This document shows positions 40,701-52,331 of a stretch of DNA of 64,000 nt, piece after piece. The notes under the pieces are model-generated. The model saw only the letters and a program-made list of their open reading frames with translations, had not been told where the DNA came from and did no database searches. Positions within the stretch are counted from its first letter, which is position 1, and every line of letters begins with the position of its first letter. Source of the stretch: Stylophora pistillata (taxonomy: Eukaryota); NCBI RefSeq assembly GCF_002571385.2, contig NW_019218136.1, positions 102,854 to 166,853 of the forward strand, written 5' to 3'. Made by a program: the position numbers and the translations under genes.

Positions 40701-43700
40701 TATTTCATTGTCACATATTTTGTAAAAGGCACGATCAGTGATTGATTTGACTACTCAAGCTCCAAAACCTACGTTATAGACCCTATATTCTGAGCTATAC
40801 GCTTTAAGTACCTCCTTATTGAAAGATAAACCACCAATACTCCTCTGAAAAGACTTGCCACTTTCGGTTCAAATTCCCTACCCCACCCAGGTAAGGCTCA
40901 AAAGATGACAATCAAAAGCCTGTGGGTTGCCCCGGATGTTGAAGCTGCGATTAATCGGTGTATAACGTCACTGACACCGATTAAACACCTTTTGAACGTC
41001 AAAATCTAAAAAAGGAATGTCAATTAGTACGCTAAGCTAATTCGATTGAGTTAACGACCACACCTAATAAAAAAAAAAAACACTTTTGATCAGGTGTTAC
41101 TCTTTCTCCACAATTAATTTCTAGTAGAAAAACGCAAGCACGAGGTAAAAAGTTGCAAGGACATGTACTTTCAAACAAAAAAACTCAGTGAGGAAATAAA
41201 CTATTGACGAAAATACCTCGAGCTTGAAGGTTATAACCATTTACTATTTGGCTGGACAGTCTTGGGGTAAATCCAAGCGTTCTGATTAGTTCTTACTTGG
41301 TCTGAACCTTGCCATACGTACCATTTCCAAGGAAGCGGTCATAAGCCGTATATTTTTGTTCGCGAAAGCCGAAAAATTAAAATTAAAGAAGTTTTTCCGA
41401 ACGCCATAATACAATACTTCGTAACGTCGTTTGCTTGAGCTGTATTGGGGAATATTGGCCCACGGTAGTTTTTCCACGGACCTCGCTGCGCTCGCTCCGT
41501 ACTACCACGATTTTGGGCCAACAATTCTCAGTACGGACGGCCCTTGCACTTGGTTAGTAAGAAATTATTCTTTGCGGCAACTGCTTATTTTTGTCTTCCT
41601 CTGTACAGCCTCTGTACTTAAGAAGGCTGACACATTAAATATCTGTTAAGCAAACCACAAATTAAAAAAAGAAAAAATCCGGCACAACGTGCCGCGCCAT
41701 TTTGGCAGTTTTACTAGACCGGCGCTTTACGAAATTTTGGAAATCTTTCTCGAAATGATAATTTTTAACAACGAAGACCTGAAAAAAGGGTTAGCTAAAG
41801 AATTGTTCTCAAAAATGCATAATTAATTCTGCGATAAGGCCTGCGCATTTTCCTTTAGCAGGGCTGAATAACACTTCTAGAATGCACGGCATTTTTGTGA
41901 CCCTCTCCTTCATCCAACGCCCATAAAAACAGTGATGCCCGGAACAGGTGATCTAGTCTAATTGGTGGAAGGTGTGTTAAGAATTGGCGCTCGACTTAAA
42001 ATTAAATCTATTTTGGCCTCAATATCGGTAATTCTGACAGTCTTTAGGTTTTCAGAAATCACTTTACCGCACGACATTAGCTGAAATAGTATTAACTGAA
42101 GTATCAAGAGAATTATCTGTTTCTCGACTTCGTTGTTTTGATTTGCGAACATACAGTTTCCAGCCCAACAAATTTCCGTGAGTTTCGTAACTAAAACTCT
42201 CAATTTGGGAAGAACGTTCTTAACTCATCTAAGATTCTTTGTTTGTAGTGGTAATTTCAAATGGCACGTTGTTTGATTATACATTTATCCCCAGGTCTAG
42301 TTCACCCTATATATTTCATTCTGTTTCCAGCTCCATACTTGGTATTCTTCTCCTATTTCAATAATTTTGTACTTTGCCTCTGTTTTGCCTTTACTCTGAC
42401 TTTTGATCCTTTCCCTAACCTTTTTCTATAGCTATTTGTTGTTTGGTGTTCTGCTTATTGGCCCTTCTTGGTAATGTCACTATTACATTCAACTCTGGAT
42501 GAGATCCCCACTGCAAAGTTGACAAGTTTAACAGCAATGACTAACTGTTAAGAAAAATTATCATACAAACTAGTTTGTTAAAAAAACGCTATTCATGGAT
42601 ATTCGTTGCCGTAAAATTACAAGATGGGAATAAGATTGAAATATTTTCAGCCTTGCGTGACAAATGCTTGCGTGTGTCACATCTACACACAGATTGCTTC
42701 CCGTCTTCAACGTTTTCGGCAAAGAAAAAAACCTTACCACGTTTCTAAGTTCACTATAAGGAATCTCTGGGCGAAATATGAAGGTTTTCAATTTTTCGAT
42801 CATGTGCCACATTTTTCGATTTTCACTCGGTCAATTCAGACATTCGCTCTTAAATACTCCACTTACATTGCACTCCTAGGTAAGCAGGATTGGAGGTATC
42901 ATTTCCAAGGCTGTTGGTGGCCACACATCGGTATTCACCGCTGTCTACTCTGTTCACATTCTTTATAGTTAGGTCCTTGTTATCCGCTGACAAACTAATA
43001 CTGGAGGTGTTACCAAGAGGTGATCCTCCCTTATTCCATGATATTTGTGGTACAGGATTTCCCATAGCGTTACAATTGAAGGTAGCATTGTCTCCTTCTT
43101 TTTCAGTTACATTCTGCGGGTGAGCAGTGATCTCTGGAATGTCTGTAACAGAAAAAAATCCGTTAGGTTAATTAAGGTGTTATGTAAAGGGTAAACAACA
43201 CAATTACCTTCGTACAGTAGGTGTGCTGGAATATTTGCTCCAGTTTATTTTTCGTGTTGTGGGCACCACCGATGAAAACCTAATCATTCTTAGTCTACTT
43301 TGGTCTAGAAAATACAAATTAATGATTCTTGACACTCACTGGTTCAAATCGTTAGTTTTGGCTGCAAAAAGTTTTCAATCTCTTTAATTTTAATAAGGAA
43401 ATCTTACAAGGTAGGGCTGAACGTAAGCCGAGAACTTGTTCTCTATGATAAAAGAGGGTATATAACCTCACTAAACGGCTCGCCTTCTACCCGAGTAAGC
43501 TAGCGAAAGGAATATGCTCATTTTCAAATTGATAAGTAAGATTTAAATGTCCAATGACAAAGTTGAAGACTACTTAAATAAATTCTCGTTGGTTTTGTGT
43601 TACATTGTTTTCACAGGCTCTTTGTACTTACATAGTACTGAAATCTCCACTTCTCCTCTAAGTCTGCTTTTCCTAGTGTTTACTTTTAGCGTGTAGCCTC

Positions 43701-46100
43701 CCGCGTCCGATCTCTTTACTCCGAGGAAAACAAATGATGCGCGTTCATTTGTTACGCTCGCGTATAAGCGACCTTGGTACGAGGAGTCTATCCAAGGTAA
43801 GTTATCGGAAGGAATTTTTTCCACAATCTCCTCTGTATCATTTTCAAATAACACCATACGAAGTGATTCACCTTCGTCTAAGGTGTACCTCCATTCCAGT
43901 GTAACATTGTCACCTTCCACAGTAAGGAGTGAATTTTGAGGTTGTTTAGTAAAGCTCGCACCTGATGATGTAAACAAAAAAATTTTCTAGCTGCGCTCCC
44001 AAGTTTTTTACTTTGTGATATAACTTCAAGTTTAACTTTAAACTACTAGCGTATAACTACATTCTTGGGATCTCCAAGAAGAGCTTCAAATCATAACAAA
44101 GACGTTCAAATATTACGAAAATATTGACCAGTTATAGTATTTTGCTGGAATATTTCGACTTGACTATCTTTAAAATTACGTTTCAGTATCCGCAGCTAGT
44201 ATCGTTTTCACACTTCTGTTGTAGTTTATGAAATAACTAAGATACTACGAGCACCTTGAAAAGAGTGGTACACGAGAGGTAGAAAATATTACACAACACT
44301 ACTTAAAGCTCTATTTTTGTCGCAAACCTTTTTTCAATACTCCAACGCAATACTCCATCGCAATACTCTATCGCTAAAACCTACCAGCATAAAAAAGGCT
44401 GCCTTGCTTCTAAGAAGTAACTATTAAGCATGCTTAGCAGTTTGTAGGACTTTTGATAAGGAATATCAGTTTTTGATAAGTAATATTACTAAAATAGATA
44501 CACGGCAACTTCGAAGTAGACGTATTATTAATCAAAAAAAAATTATTTTGGAAGAAACATAAACAAGATAAAAATGGCTTCCCTGTTTCTAAGAAGGAAC
44601 TATAAAGTATGTGTAGCATTTTGCATGATTTTGATGAGTAATATTATATGTAGGCGTTATTCCCAAATATGAACGCTTTTCGCTTTATGATAACGCTTTC
44701 TAACACTTATTTCCCTTCATTTTGGGAGCGTTGAAGCTCATTTCGTGAAAATTATGCAACATAAGACAAGCAACAACAAACATATGAAACATATGTATGA
44801 ACTGCGGTTATGAAACGTATATATGCACGATCCTTCGCAGTAAAGCACTATTTGAGCAATAGTGAAAATCAGACCTGAAAAAAATTTTCAGGCCTGTACG
44901 GGATTCGAACCACTGACCTCTGCGATACTAGTGCAGCGCTCTACCAATTGAGCTAACAAGCCAACTGGGAGCAGACCATCAAATTAATTCGACATAAACC
45001 CGTAGATGATAAATCAAACAACAACAAACATATGAAACATATGGTCTGCTCCCAGTTGGCTTGTTAGCTCAATTGGTAGAGCGCTGCACTAGTATCGCAG
45101 AGGTCATTGGTTCGAATCCCGTACAGGCCTGAAAATTTTTTTCAGGTCTGATTTTCACTATTGCTCAAATAGTGCTTTACTGCGAAGGATCGTGCATATA
45201 TACATAAGACAAGCACTTAACCTTTTTCTGAACGTTGTTTGTAATTACTCTTGCATCTACTTCCTTCGTCACGAACGCAGTCACGGTCATGATCGGCAAA
45301 AATGAACCGCCAATGAAAACATAATTGACTCAACAGCAAAGAAAATAAATTTTACGAAACGAAAATGACACGAATTAAACCAGCTGCTCGTCACCGATAG
45401 CATCATCGTCTTTTGAAACACACAATAAACAAATGCTTCAATCGAGGTCACTAAAACGAGCGAACACGGAAGTCTCGAATGAGGCTCGTATAGCACGACA
45501 TCAGTACGAGACGAAAAGGAAAAAATAGCTGGCTTTCTAGTTTCGATATTTGAATGAACTCTCACTAACACTGATTTATCCCGTGGAAATCCCTTTCACT
45601 TTTACGTTGAATTTCAAGGCTTTCTATACACTACATTAGGCACTTCTAAAGTTATTTCTTGCCGGGTTGTTTATTTTCATCTCGCATTCCATACTGTTCT
45701 CGTGCTAGTCACCGCTTTCTCTGTCAAGCCTCACATCACGAAAGCACGATACACGATCGGAAACAGCGGGGTGCCTTACTTTCCATGTAGTCGTTGAATA
45801 TATGAAATATTGACTTCAATATTCCGACAAGTTCGTTGACGACCATATTGAACTTACACATTCTCAGATACGTACCCAGGCTTCATCTAACTTTCCTTTT
45901 CAGAAACACAACAAATTTTGTGTGAAAATCGCTAATTCTTATCTTATATTCTAATATCTATCCGCTAATATCATAGCTTTAGTTTTGTTTCTGTATATGA
46001 GCATACAATGGCTTCTAACAATGAGATGCCTATAAACCTTACCTTCGACAGAAAACATGAAAAGAGCACACAGAAAGATTGTAGGCCAACCTGCCTCCAT
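11717..46100 (-). CDS. Gene B: receptor-type protein tyrosine phosphatase (LAR/R2A-like layout: signal peptide, 16 Ig, 4 FN3, membrane-proximal domain, TM, PTP D1+D2); last exon(s) missing; one Ig exon has a stop
   Basis: Phase-consistent exons: signal 46043-46100; V-Ig 43632-43961; Ig 42867-43142, 38324-38605, 37590-37901, 37060-37332, 36346-36654, 35428-35703, 33484-33762, 32530-32805, 31728-32003, 30818-31093 (TAG), 29815-30090, 29004-29279, 28032-28295, 27410-27685, 26045-26332; FN3 25210-25524, 24754-24821+23911-24145, 20752-20819+20314-20548, 19654-19944; 18575-18671, 17857-18086; TM 16793-17095; D1 15902-16269, 14827-15114, 14047-14317; D2 13373-13710, 12404-12529, 11717-11868. Confidence 0.92.
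14047..16269 (-). CDS. PTP D1 catalytic domain of gene B (3 exons)
   Basis: [51 protein letters not shown] and MVQVEEQY are all intact. Confidence 0.95.
16793..17095 (-). CDS. Transmembrane exon of gene B
   Basis: [27 protein letters not shown] followed by basic RGRQR; AG/GT bounded. Confidence 0.9.
17107..17180. repeat. (ATA)n microsatellite; similar tracts at ~19220-19290, 29750-29790 and 31665-31710
   Basis: Read directly from the sequence. Confidence 0.9.
21638..22215 (+). CDS. KolX-like protein (acidic N-terminus + P2X7 C-terminal ballast-like Cys-rich domain), partial
   Basis: Exon 1 MSSDSES...PYQDEP...DSW (donor at ~21882). Exon 2 from ~21972: CRCEQC...EFRCCRE...[10 protein letters not shown]-x-C-x2-C...E..CC.E...CIT.H is the P2X7-ballast/KolX signature. 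Confidence 0.75.
22335..23089 (-). CDS. THAP zinc-finger N-terminus of the Kolobok transposase (partial)
   Basis: YCVAG...SC...HQFP...QW...LCSAHF...SVPT (C2CH THAP with AVPT-like box). Exon 1 is 22712-23089; a probable exon 2 ([21 protein letters not shown]) runs into the N at 22333. No DDE core visible. Confidence 0.85.
23091..23254. mobile_element. 164-bp MITE with TA target duplication, nested in the Kolobok element
   Basis: Perfect 30-bp TIR GACCACTTTCATAAATGGCTGCCGGATTAA / TTAATCCGGCAGCCATTTATGAAAGTGGTC; TA at 23089-23090 and 23255-23256. Confidence 0.85.
26371..26822. mobile_element. Non-autonomous hairpin element with the same two-part layout
   Basis: Palindrome TCACATGATTT...AAATCATGTGA (26371-26529), then TAATAATATACATGAAAAAAT ... 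ATTTTTTCATGTATATTATTA (26537-26822). Confidence 0.7.
28032..32805 (-). repeat. Three tandem copies of a two-Ig-exon unit (~1.8 kb period)
   Basis: Alternating [24 protein letters not shown] exons (28032, 29815, 31728) and [19 protein letters not shown] exons (29004, 30818, 32530), with alignable introns. Confidence 0.92.
28841..28975. repeat. Hairpin element copied with the tandem exon unit (second copy ~30655-30787)
   Basis: GACTGAGTTTGGTCGGGCC..GGAAAAATACTTGGCTC ... GAGCCAAATATTTTTCC..GGCCCGACCAAACTAAGTC. Confidence 0.65.
35068..35205. repeat. (CTA/CTG)n compound microsatellite; shorter paralog at ~62810-62910
   Basis: Read directly from the sequence. Confidence 0.85.
35865..36185 (-). 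mobile_element. tRNA(Thr-like)-derived SINE-like element with partial inverted flank
   Basis: Minus strand GGCTCGTTAACTCAGTTGGTAGAGCACTACACCGGTATCGCAGAGGTCATAGGTTCAATTCCCGTACGGGCC; flanks contain inverted GTGGAAATAAG/CTTATTTCCAC. Confidence 0.75.
43632..43961 (-). CDS. N-terminal V-type Ig exon of gene B lacking the canonical cysteines
   Basis: [12 protein letters not shown]...LRMVLFE...YQGRL...[13 protein letters not shown]: V-set pattern (GR, D-x-G-x-Y) with W and L at the two Cys positions. Confidence 0.85.
44773..45201. mobile_element. tRNA-derived retroelement inserted as a palindrome with a 14-bp TSD
   Basis: Inverted arms 44817-44979 and 45041-45203, each with a tRNA-like unit (44890-44962 minus; 45058-45130 plus; A box TAGCTCAATTGG, B box GTTCGAATCC). 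TSD ACATAAGACAAGCA at 44759-44772 and 45202-45215. Confidence 0.85.
46043..46100 (-). CDS. First coding exon (signal peptide) of gene B
   Basis: ATG...[20 protein letters not shown] followed by a GTAAGG donor. The 58-nt exon is phase 1 and joins in frame to the V-Ig exon (GASFTKQPQ). Confidence 0.8.
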
Positions 46101-47099
46101 TACACAGGATGTCTTTTGCGTTCTCTCACATCGATTGGGCTGCTTTAAAGTGAATAAATACCGCCGTCTTCAGCATAAAGAAGCGACTAATCGCTAGAAC
46201 GAACCTCCCTTTGCCGACGGTAGTGTGTAACACGATGATCCTTGTCAGGTATCAATTACGTGTCTTAAATAATTATTGACTAATGGGTCACGCATTTCCG
46301 TCGAGTTCGGCGTTCGTGGTGTTGATTATTTCCCAGACAAGAGCTATCTAAAACCATTCGTTTTGATGAATGAAATGAAAGTTTCCTGACCCTTCAAATT
46401 CTGTATAAAATGGAAACTGTGAGGTTTCCAAATATATAGGTCGGTGGAAAACGTTAACCATTTCCGCATAGTAATTTCTAAGAGAAGTATACACAATTTA
46501 AAGTTGAACTATCAATTTCTTTGTTTACCAATATAATTCCGAAGGAACTAGAATCTAAGGCCCTTCCTTCAAATCCTCGACGTTTAACGCAAACTTCACA
46601 GTAGGTGAACTTTATTCTGCTATTCTAGAGCGAAAAAGAAGCAAAGCTAGGTCCGATTATAAGTCTTTAGAGTAGTGATTTCGTCTACGGCATGTTGTTC
46701 AAAACCGCAGGGAACTGGCATCGATTCACAATGACGCACTGATAAAAATGACAAGTTTCCTTCTCAGACTTAGACCCTTCAAAACAGCCCCTACTTCTCT
46801 GTTTATTTTCCCACAACCAATTAAATCTAATGCGGCAACGCTAGCCATGGCCAAGTTTAACTTTCTTATTTAACTTTTTAAGAGGATAAAACACCTTTGA
46901 CGTAGACAAATTGAACTAGGAAATATAACCCGCATTTTTCTCGTATCAAAACCATGGTAATAACATGCTCATTGAGACTAATGCAAAATTCCAATATGGC
47001 AAATTTTTTAACTCACAAAATCAGAAACGGAAAGGTAATCCTTGCGTTGCTCCTTCTAAAAATATGATAATACCAAACTCATTATGATTGAACGTACAC

Positions 47100-47390
47100 T
47101 TCAAATACGAAGACATTCTAGATTTCATCATGGGGCTATGTGATAATACTTTCGACACCATAATAAAGGACCCTGAACACCGTCTAAATAAGTTAATTCA
47201 ACTTAGCAGTCCGTCACGCTATGCCCTAAGGAGCAATGGGCGCTTCATCGTACCCAAATGCAATACAGATCGTTTTAGAAACAGTTTTATAATTATAAGG
47301 TCCTGTACCGTTGATATTAATACGGAGGTTTTTCTAAGTCCCTTTACCTTTTGTATTTATTTCTCACGTGCACTAAATAAAAATTCAAAA
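47100..47390 (+). mobile_element. Short 3' fragment of a second LINE
   Basis: ...DPEHRLNKL...RYALRS...PKCNTDRFRNSF is typical of the CR1/L2/Rex-type ORF2 C-terminus; followed by AATAAA. Confidence 0.6.
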
Positions 47391-49279
47391 TTTAAGAAAG
47401 ACTATACTTTGTGTTTTCCTGCTCTTGGGGAAATGATGGAGGTTTTTGCTCTTTTGGGAGTATAGTTCTTGTTCGCAAATTTATCATATTATATTGTCGC
47501 GCTAATTAGGGTAGTTCAGTCAATTGAAAACCATCGAGACCTCTTTCCTATTTTGAACTGATTTGATTGAAAACTTCAGACCAACGATCGTCAAAAACAA
47601 AAGAAAAGAGAAATATGGCAAAAAGAACCAATCTTGGCCACTGAGAATACATTATCCACCCTATGTACCAATTACTGTCACGAACTCTTGCTCAGCCTGA
47701 TATGCAAATTTTATGTTGCTTTGCACTTGAGACGTAATTTGCATATATTCTCACAACGGTTTACGGTAAACTGCATGGTAACACAAGCTTGAACTAGCTG
47801 GCTTTACTATCAGCCTTTTAATGGTTTCCTTCAGAATTTTCAGAAAGATTTGTATTAACAGTATAAAGAGTACAATTGTGACAAGTGAGCTACGAAGAAT
47901 TCGTTGAAAACTAAGCCGGTTTTTATTGTAGCTGCAGCGGCGGGCTTCTCTGTTCATGATAAACCTCACAAATGGAATTAACCAAACGGTAAAATGAAGC
48001 ACTTTGAAAATTCAAGAATATCATATGCAAGTTGGGGTCAGTATATTTGCATTGTTGTTTACGCTTTTTGAGTTGCCATGATTTCTAAATCAAAAACGAT
48101 ATTGTTTTTGTTAATGGCACGCATACACAACATGGCGTGATTTTGGATATTTCGTTGACGATTTTCAAAATATTCTTAAAAAACCCTACATTCATTTCCC
48201 CAAAGTAAACTTTACATAGTTTGAAAGATCCTTAACTCAGGTATTTTCATTCTTAATCTTACGAAATTCTAAACAAAGGCATAGGCTCAAAATTATCGTT
48301 ATTTTTCGCCTACCGTTTTACGAAGCGCGGGAGAGCCATAACTTATTTACTTCTCTTGAATACTCAGAGAAATCCAATGCTTATGAAAGGGTGGCGTTTA
48401 GGCCATGTCTGGTTGTACAACAAATTGGAACTATGACGGCTTTTTCTAGCGAAGCAGTTTTAACAAGCGAGTCAAGTGAATCATGACTAATTTCCCTCCT
48501 GTTTGTAAGTGTTTGGGATCGACAAACGGTGCCTAAGTTGAAAACGGCTTCCATCGTTTTTCTCAGGAATTAACCGATATTTCAAGGAAAAAACTTCTTG
48601 GCATTCATACTTATCCTAGTTGGCCAATTTTGGCCCATTCTTCTCTAATTAAGGGCTCTTCTAAGCGAGGTCGCCTTCAAATTTGGTTTACGAATAATTC
48701 ATGATGTCCAACCATTCTGCCCCATGTTAAGCCTTTTTACAATGGAGTTAAAATGTAGGGGCAACATGAACATCTTTGAGAATATTGATGACTACAATGG
48801 CTTTTGAAAAAGTTTACAATTAAGCAAAGTCGCCATATTGTTAGTTGACGAGCAACTGATCCTACTTTGTACTTAATTTGTTTGCTAACCTTACCGAAGA
48901 CAAAATTTCACTGAACGCGAAGGCTCGCCCTTCCCCTCTTACAAAAAGCAAATAGGATATATATGGTGTCTCTTTGTTCCTAATGCGTGATATCATGGCT
49001 TTGAAGATGGTAACAGCCAAGTGTTACATCTGACAGTTACATTTCCTTCACATTTGATAGCGTGCATATCCTGCTGTTGAGATCTTGGTCAAGGGTCAAC
49101 AAAAAAAAAAATTTTTTCATACGGATTCAGTGTATTCTGCGCTCATCCACGATATAGACAATGCACTTTCATATTTTATAACAGCACCTGAATACCTTCG
49201 TATTAGAAGTGTTTTAGCGAGTAAGCTACAGCATTGTTGTTATCATTATTTCCTTGCGAGTGTGGATGTGTGTGGATGT

Positions 49280-52260
49280 GTGTGTGAATGTGTGTGGTCT
49301 AAGGAACAAGATCGAGGAACTCAGATGCCTCCAACAACTGTGTAAATTTGAAATTCTCGCAATCACCGAGACACATCTTGACAAAAAGGTGTCAGATTCC
49401 AAAATATTAAACCCCGCAATGAAGTTCGTAAGATTAGATAGGAAGGGTCGAAAAGGAGGAGCATGCTTATTATATTATGGGGAGCAATTGCATGCTACTC
49501 ATCGTAAAGATCTTCTCACACAAAACATTGAAGCAGAGTGGCTGCAAGTCAAATTCCCAAGTTCTTCAGTGTTGTTTTCAGTAATCTACAGACCGCCAGA
49601 CGCTTGTGAATTCTTTGATCTTTGATCTTTGATCTTGTCAGTGCTTGGCTGAAAACGTCTAACATTGTGCTACTAAGGGACTTCAACTGTGACTTTAAGA
49701 CGGAATCTGAGCAGTGCGCTAACGCCAGAAAACTACGCTCCATTTTCCAAACATTTAATATGCAAAATGTGGTAAATGCAAACACTAGAGAAACACCAAC
49801 AAAAAGTACCTGGATCTAATTGTTACAACAAGGACAGATCTTATGGGCAAGTGTGGTGTTTTCCCTTTGGGAATTTCAGACCACAATATGGTATACGCAA
49901 CGATGAAGTTAAAGAATAAAAGGCCACCACCGAAGTACATCAAAACAAGAGATTATAGGAAACTCGACATTAAAAAATTTCAGGCGGACGTTGAATCCGT
50001 GCCTTTCCATATAGCGTTAGTCTTCGAGGAGCCAGATGATATCTTATGGGCATGGCAAACCTTGTTTAAAGGAATTTGTGACGAACATGTCGCCCAGAAA
50101 GAAGTTAAGATCAGAAGTAAATCGGCTCCTTCGATAACTAACGAAATCCGGTACAAGATCATGAATAAAAGATACAAGACCTTCAAAGCAGTAGTCAGCA
50201 CAAAATGCCCTGAATTGTGGTCAAAATACAAGAAAGCTAGAAATGCAGTCACATCAGCTTTGCGAAGAGCTAAGGCATCCTATTTCACCAATATGTTCAA
50301 AGAAGTAAAGAAATCTAGTGCCTACTGGAACTTAATTAACAGAGCTACAAATCGCTCAGCACGCAACAGAACAATAGGCCCCCTTAAGAGAACCGACGGC
50401 AGTTTTGCTTTAATGGATAAGGAAAAAGCACAAATGATGAATGCATACTTCTCGGAGAACGGCGAGAACTTAATTAAATCACTGCCAATGCCACCGCAGC
50501 CCGCTTAAGTGGATGCCAGCACGTCACCTTATATATTGTCACCTAAAAGCCCTATTTCGATTACAAACCATTCTGTTGAAAAAAAGGTAAATAAACTTAA
50601 AACGAATAAGGCAGTTGGACCTGATGACATCTCGCCTAAACTTCTTAAATTGGCAGGAAAGGCTATTGTACCAGCATTGGTCAACCTTTATAATTACAGC
50701 ATTGAACAAAGAATTTTCCCTATGGAAGACTGCCCGATTAACTCCGCTTTTCAAAAAGGATGATGAAACAGACTGCGGAAATTATCGACCTGTCTCCCTT
50801 TTAAGCGTACCAAGCAAGATCCTGGAAGCAGAAATAAAAGATAAAGTGGTGCAGCACGTTTCTGTCGACAATCATTTAATCACAAAGAAGCAATGGGCCT
50901 ACCGAAGCGGCTACTCGACTGAGCTCTTAATTCCTAGTACATCTGACAGAAATATGGAGGAGAGCGTTAGACTCTGGTAATGTTGTCGCAGTAGCCTTTG
51001 TGGACTTCAGAAAAGCGTTCGACAGCGTATCACACGAAATCTTGCTGAAGAAGCTGAAATATAATTTCGGTATCACGGGAGTGTTGCTAGATTGGATTAG
51101 GGACTACTTGAGGGGAAGAATGCAGTACACTGTGATTAATGGAGTCAAATCTGACATGTTACCAGTAACAAATGGTATACCACAGGGATCTGTTTTAGGC
51201 CCTATTTTGTTCACTTTGTTCACTAATGACGTGCCCGCCGCCATTACCACGGGATCCCTGTTCATGTATGCGGACGATACGTCAATTTTCAGCATCGGAA
51301 AGTCTGCAGACGCAGCGATTGCTTCCTTGAACTGTGCTTTGCAAGAGGTCTACAGGTGGTGCCTAGAGAATCGCTTAACACCTCACCCGGCTAAGAGCGA
51401 AGTCATGTTAATTAGTACACCAACCATTATAGGACCGCTACCTCCAATATTTTTGGGTAAATCTGTTTTAGGCTATGTCAAAAAATCGCTTCTTCTTGGA
51501 AAGATTGTAGATGACAAGCTTACCTGGATACCGCATATGCTAGAACTAAAGAAAAACTTTGCGAACAAAATAGACTTATTGAAGCGCTCAAGGTTCTTTC
51601 CCAAAAATGTCCTTTTAAAATTTTATTTTCGTGTAATATTACCTTCTGTGAAGTATTATATTATATTATGGGGTTCGTGTACAAATTCAGACCTTCTGTA
51701 CTCAATTGAGAAACTTCACTGTAGAGCAGCAAAAACTGTCTACAACTTATCCACAGATACGGAATCTAATGTAGCTCTCGACGTTTCAGGATGGGATACG
51801 ATCAATTTAGAATACAAATTTCTAATTAATAGCATATTCATAAGGCGGGAATGTAGCTATTCACTAAGAGACCAAGAAGCAATAGCCCACCTAAATTCAA
51901 CACTAGATTGTTAAAGGACTCTTTAGCATATAGAAGTTCGGTGCTATGGAACTATGTTAACCATCATGTCAAAAATGTGGGTAGTTTCGCCCTTAAGAAT
52001 CTCAGGAGGCTACTCAGGAGAAACAATCAATTCACAAGCTGTACTTTTACTAGTTTATCAGGTTCGACGGCTAGGAATAGATTAACTGATTACAAGTACT
52101 TTTAAGTTGAGAGGAAATTGAATGTTTTATTGTATTGTAGTTTCTTATTTAGTTTGAAATGTGTCTAAGTTTAATCATAAGTTGGCTAGATACTATTTTG
52201 TTAAGTACACGACCCCACGAGCTTTTTAGCTTTAATTCTTATCGTGTATAAATAAAGATT

Positions 52261-52305
<45 letters not shown>
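49280..52305 (+). mobile_element. Decayed non-LTR retrotransposon (CR1/L2-like LINE ORF2: APE endonuclease + RT) with (CTA)n tail
   Basis: APE motifs NVCGLRNK, ITETHL, YRPP, DFN, SDH. RT motifs GPDDI, NYRPVSLL, DFRKAFDSV, GIPQGSVLGP, YADD. Several stops/frameshifts. AATAAA at 52251-52256, then (CTA)n 52261-52305. Confidence 0.93.
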
Positions 52306-52331
52306 ACAGTCCACCACTTAAAAACTAGAAA

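Noticed and set aside
38750-42800. Hidden gene in the 4-kb intron (and in 46200-49200)
   Set aside because: Only short ORFs without recognisable motifs; the sequence looks like decayed repeat fragments that I cannot classify.
26045-43142. Dscam-style mutually exclusive exon array
   Set aside because: The exons are whole-domain, phase-compatible and alternate in type; no docking/selector sequences were recognised. Simple skipping remains possible.
45058-45130. Functional tRNA-Thr genes (also 44890-44962 and ~35920-35992)
   Set aside because: T-stem and anticodon-stem mismatches, and embedding in TSD-flanked repeat units, indicate tRNA-derived elements.
11717-46100. Assigning a vertebrate symbol (PTPRD/PTPRF/PTPRS) or hemicentin
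   Set aside because: The 16-Ig architecture differs from LAR-family genes and orthology cannot be set without a phylogeny; the Ig exons splice into a PTP gene, not hemicentin.
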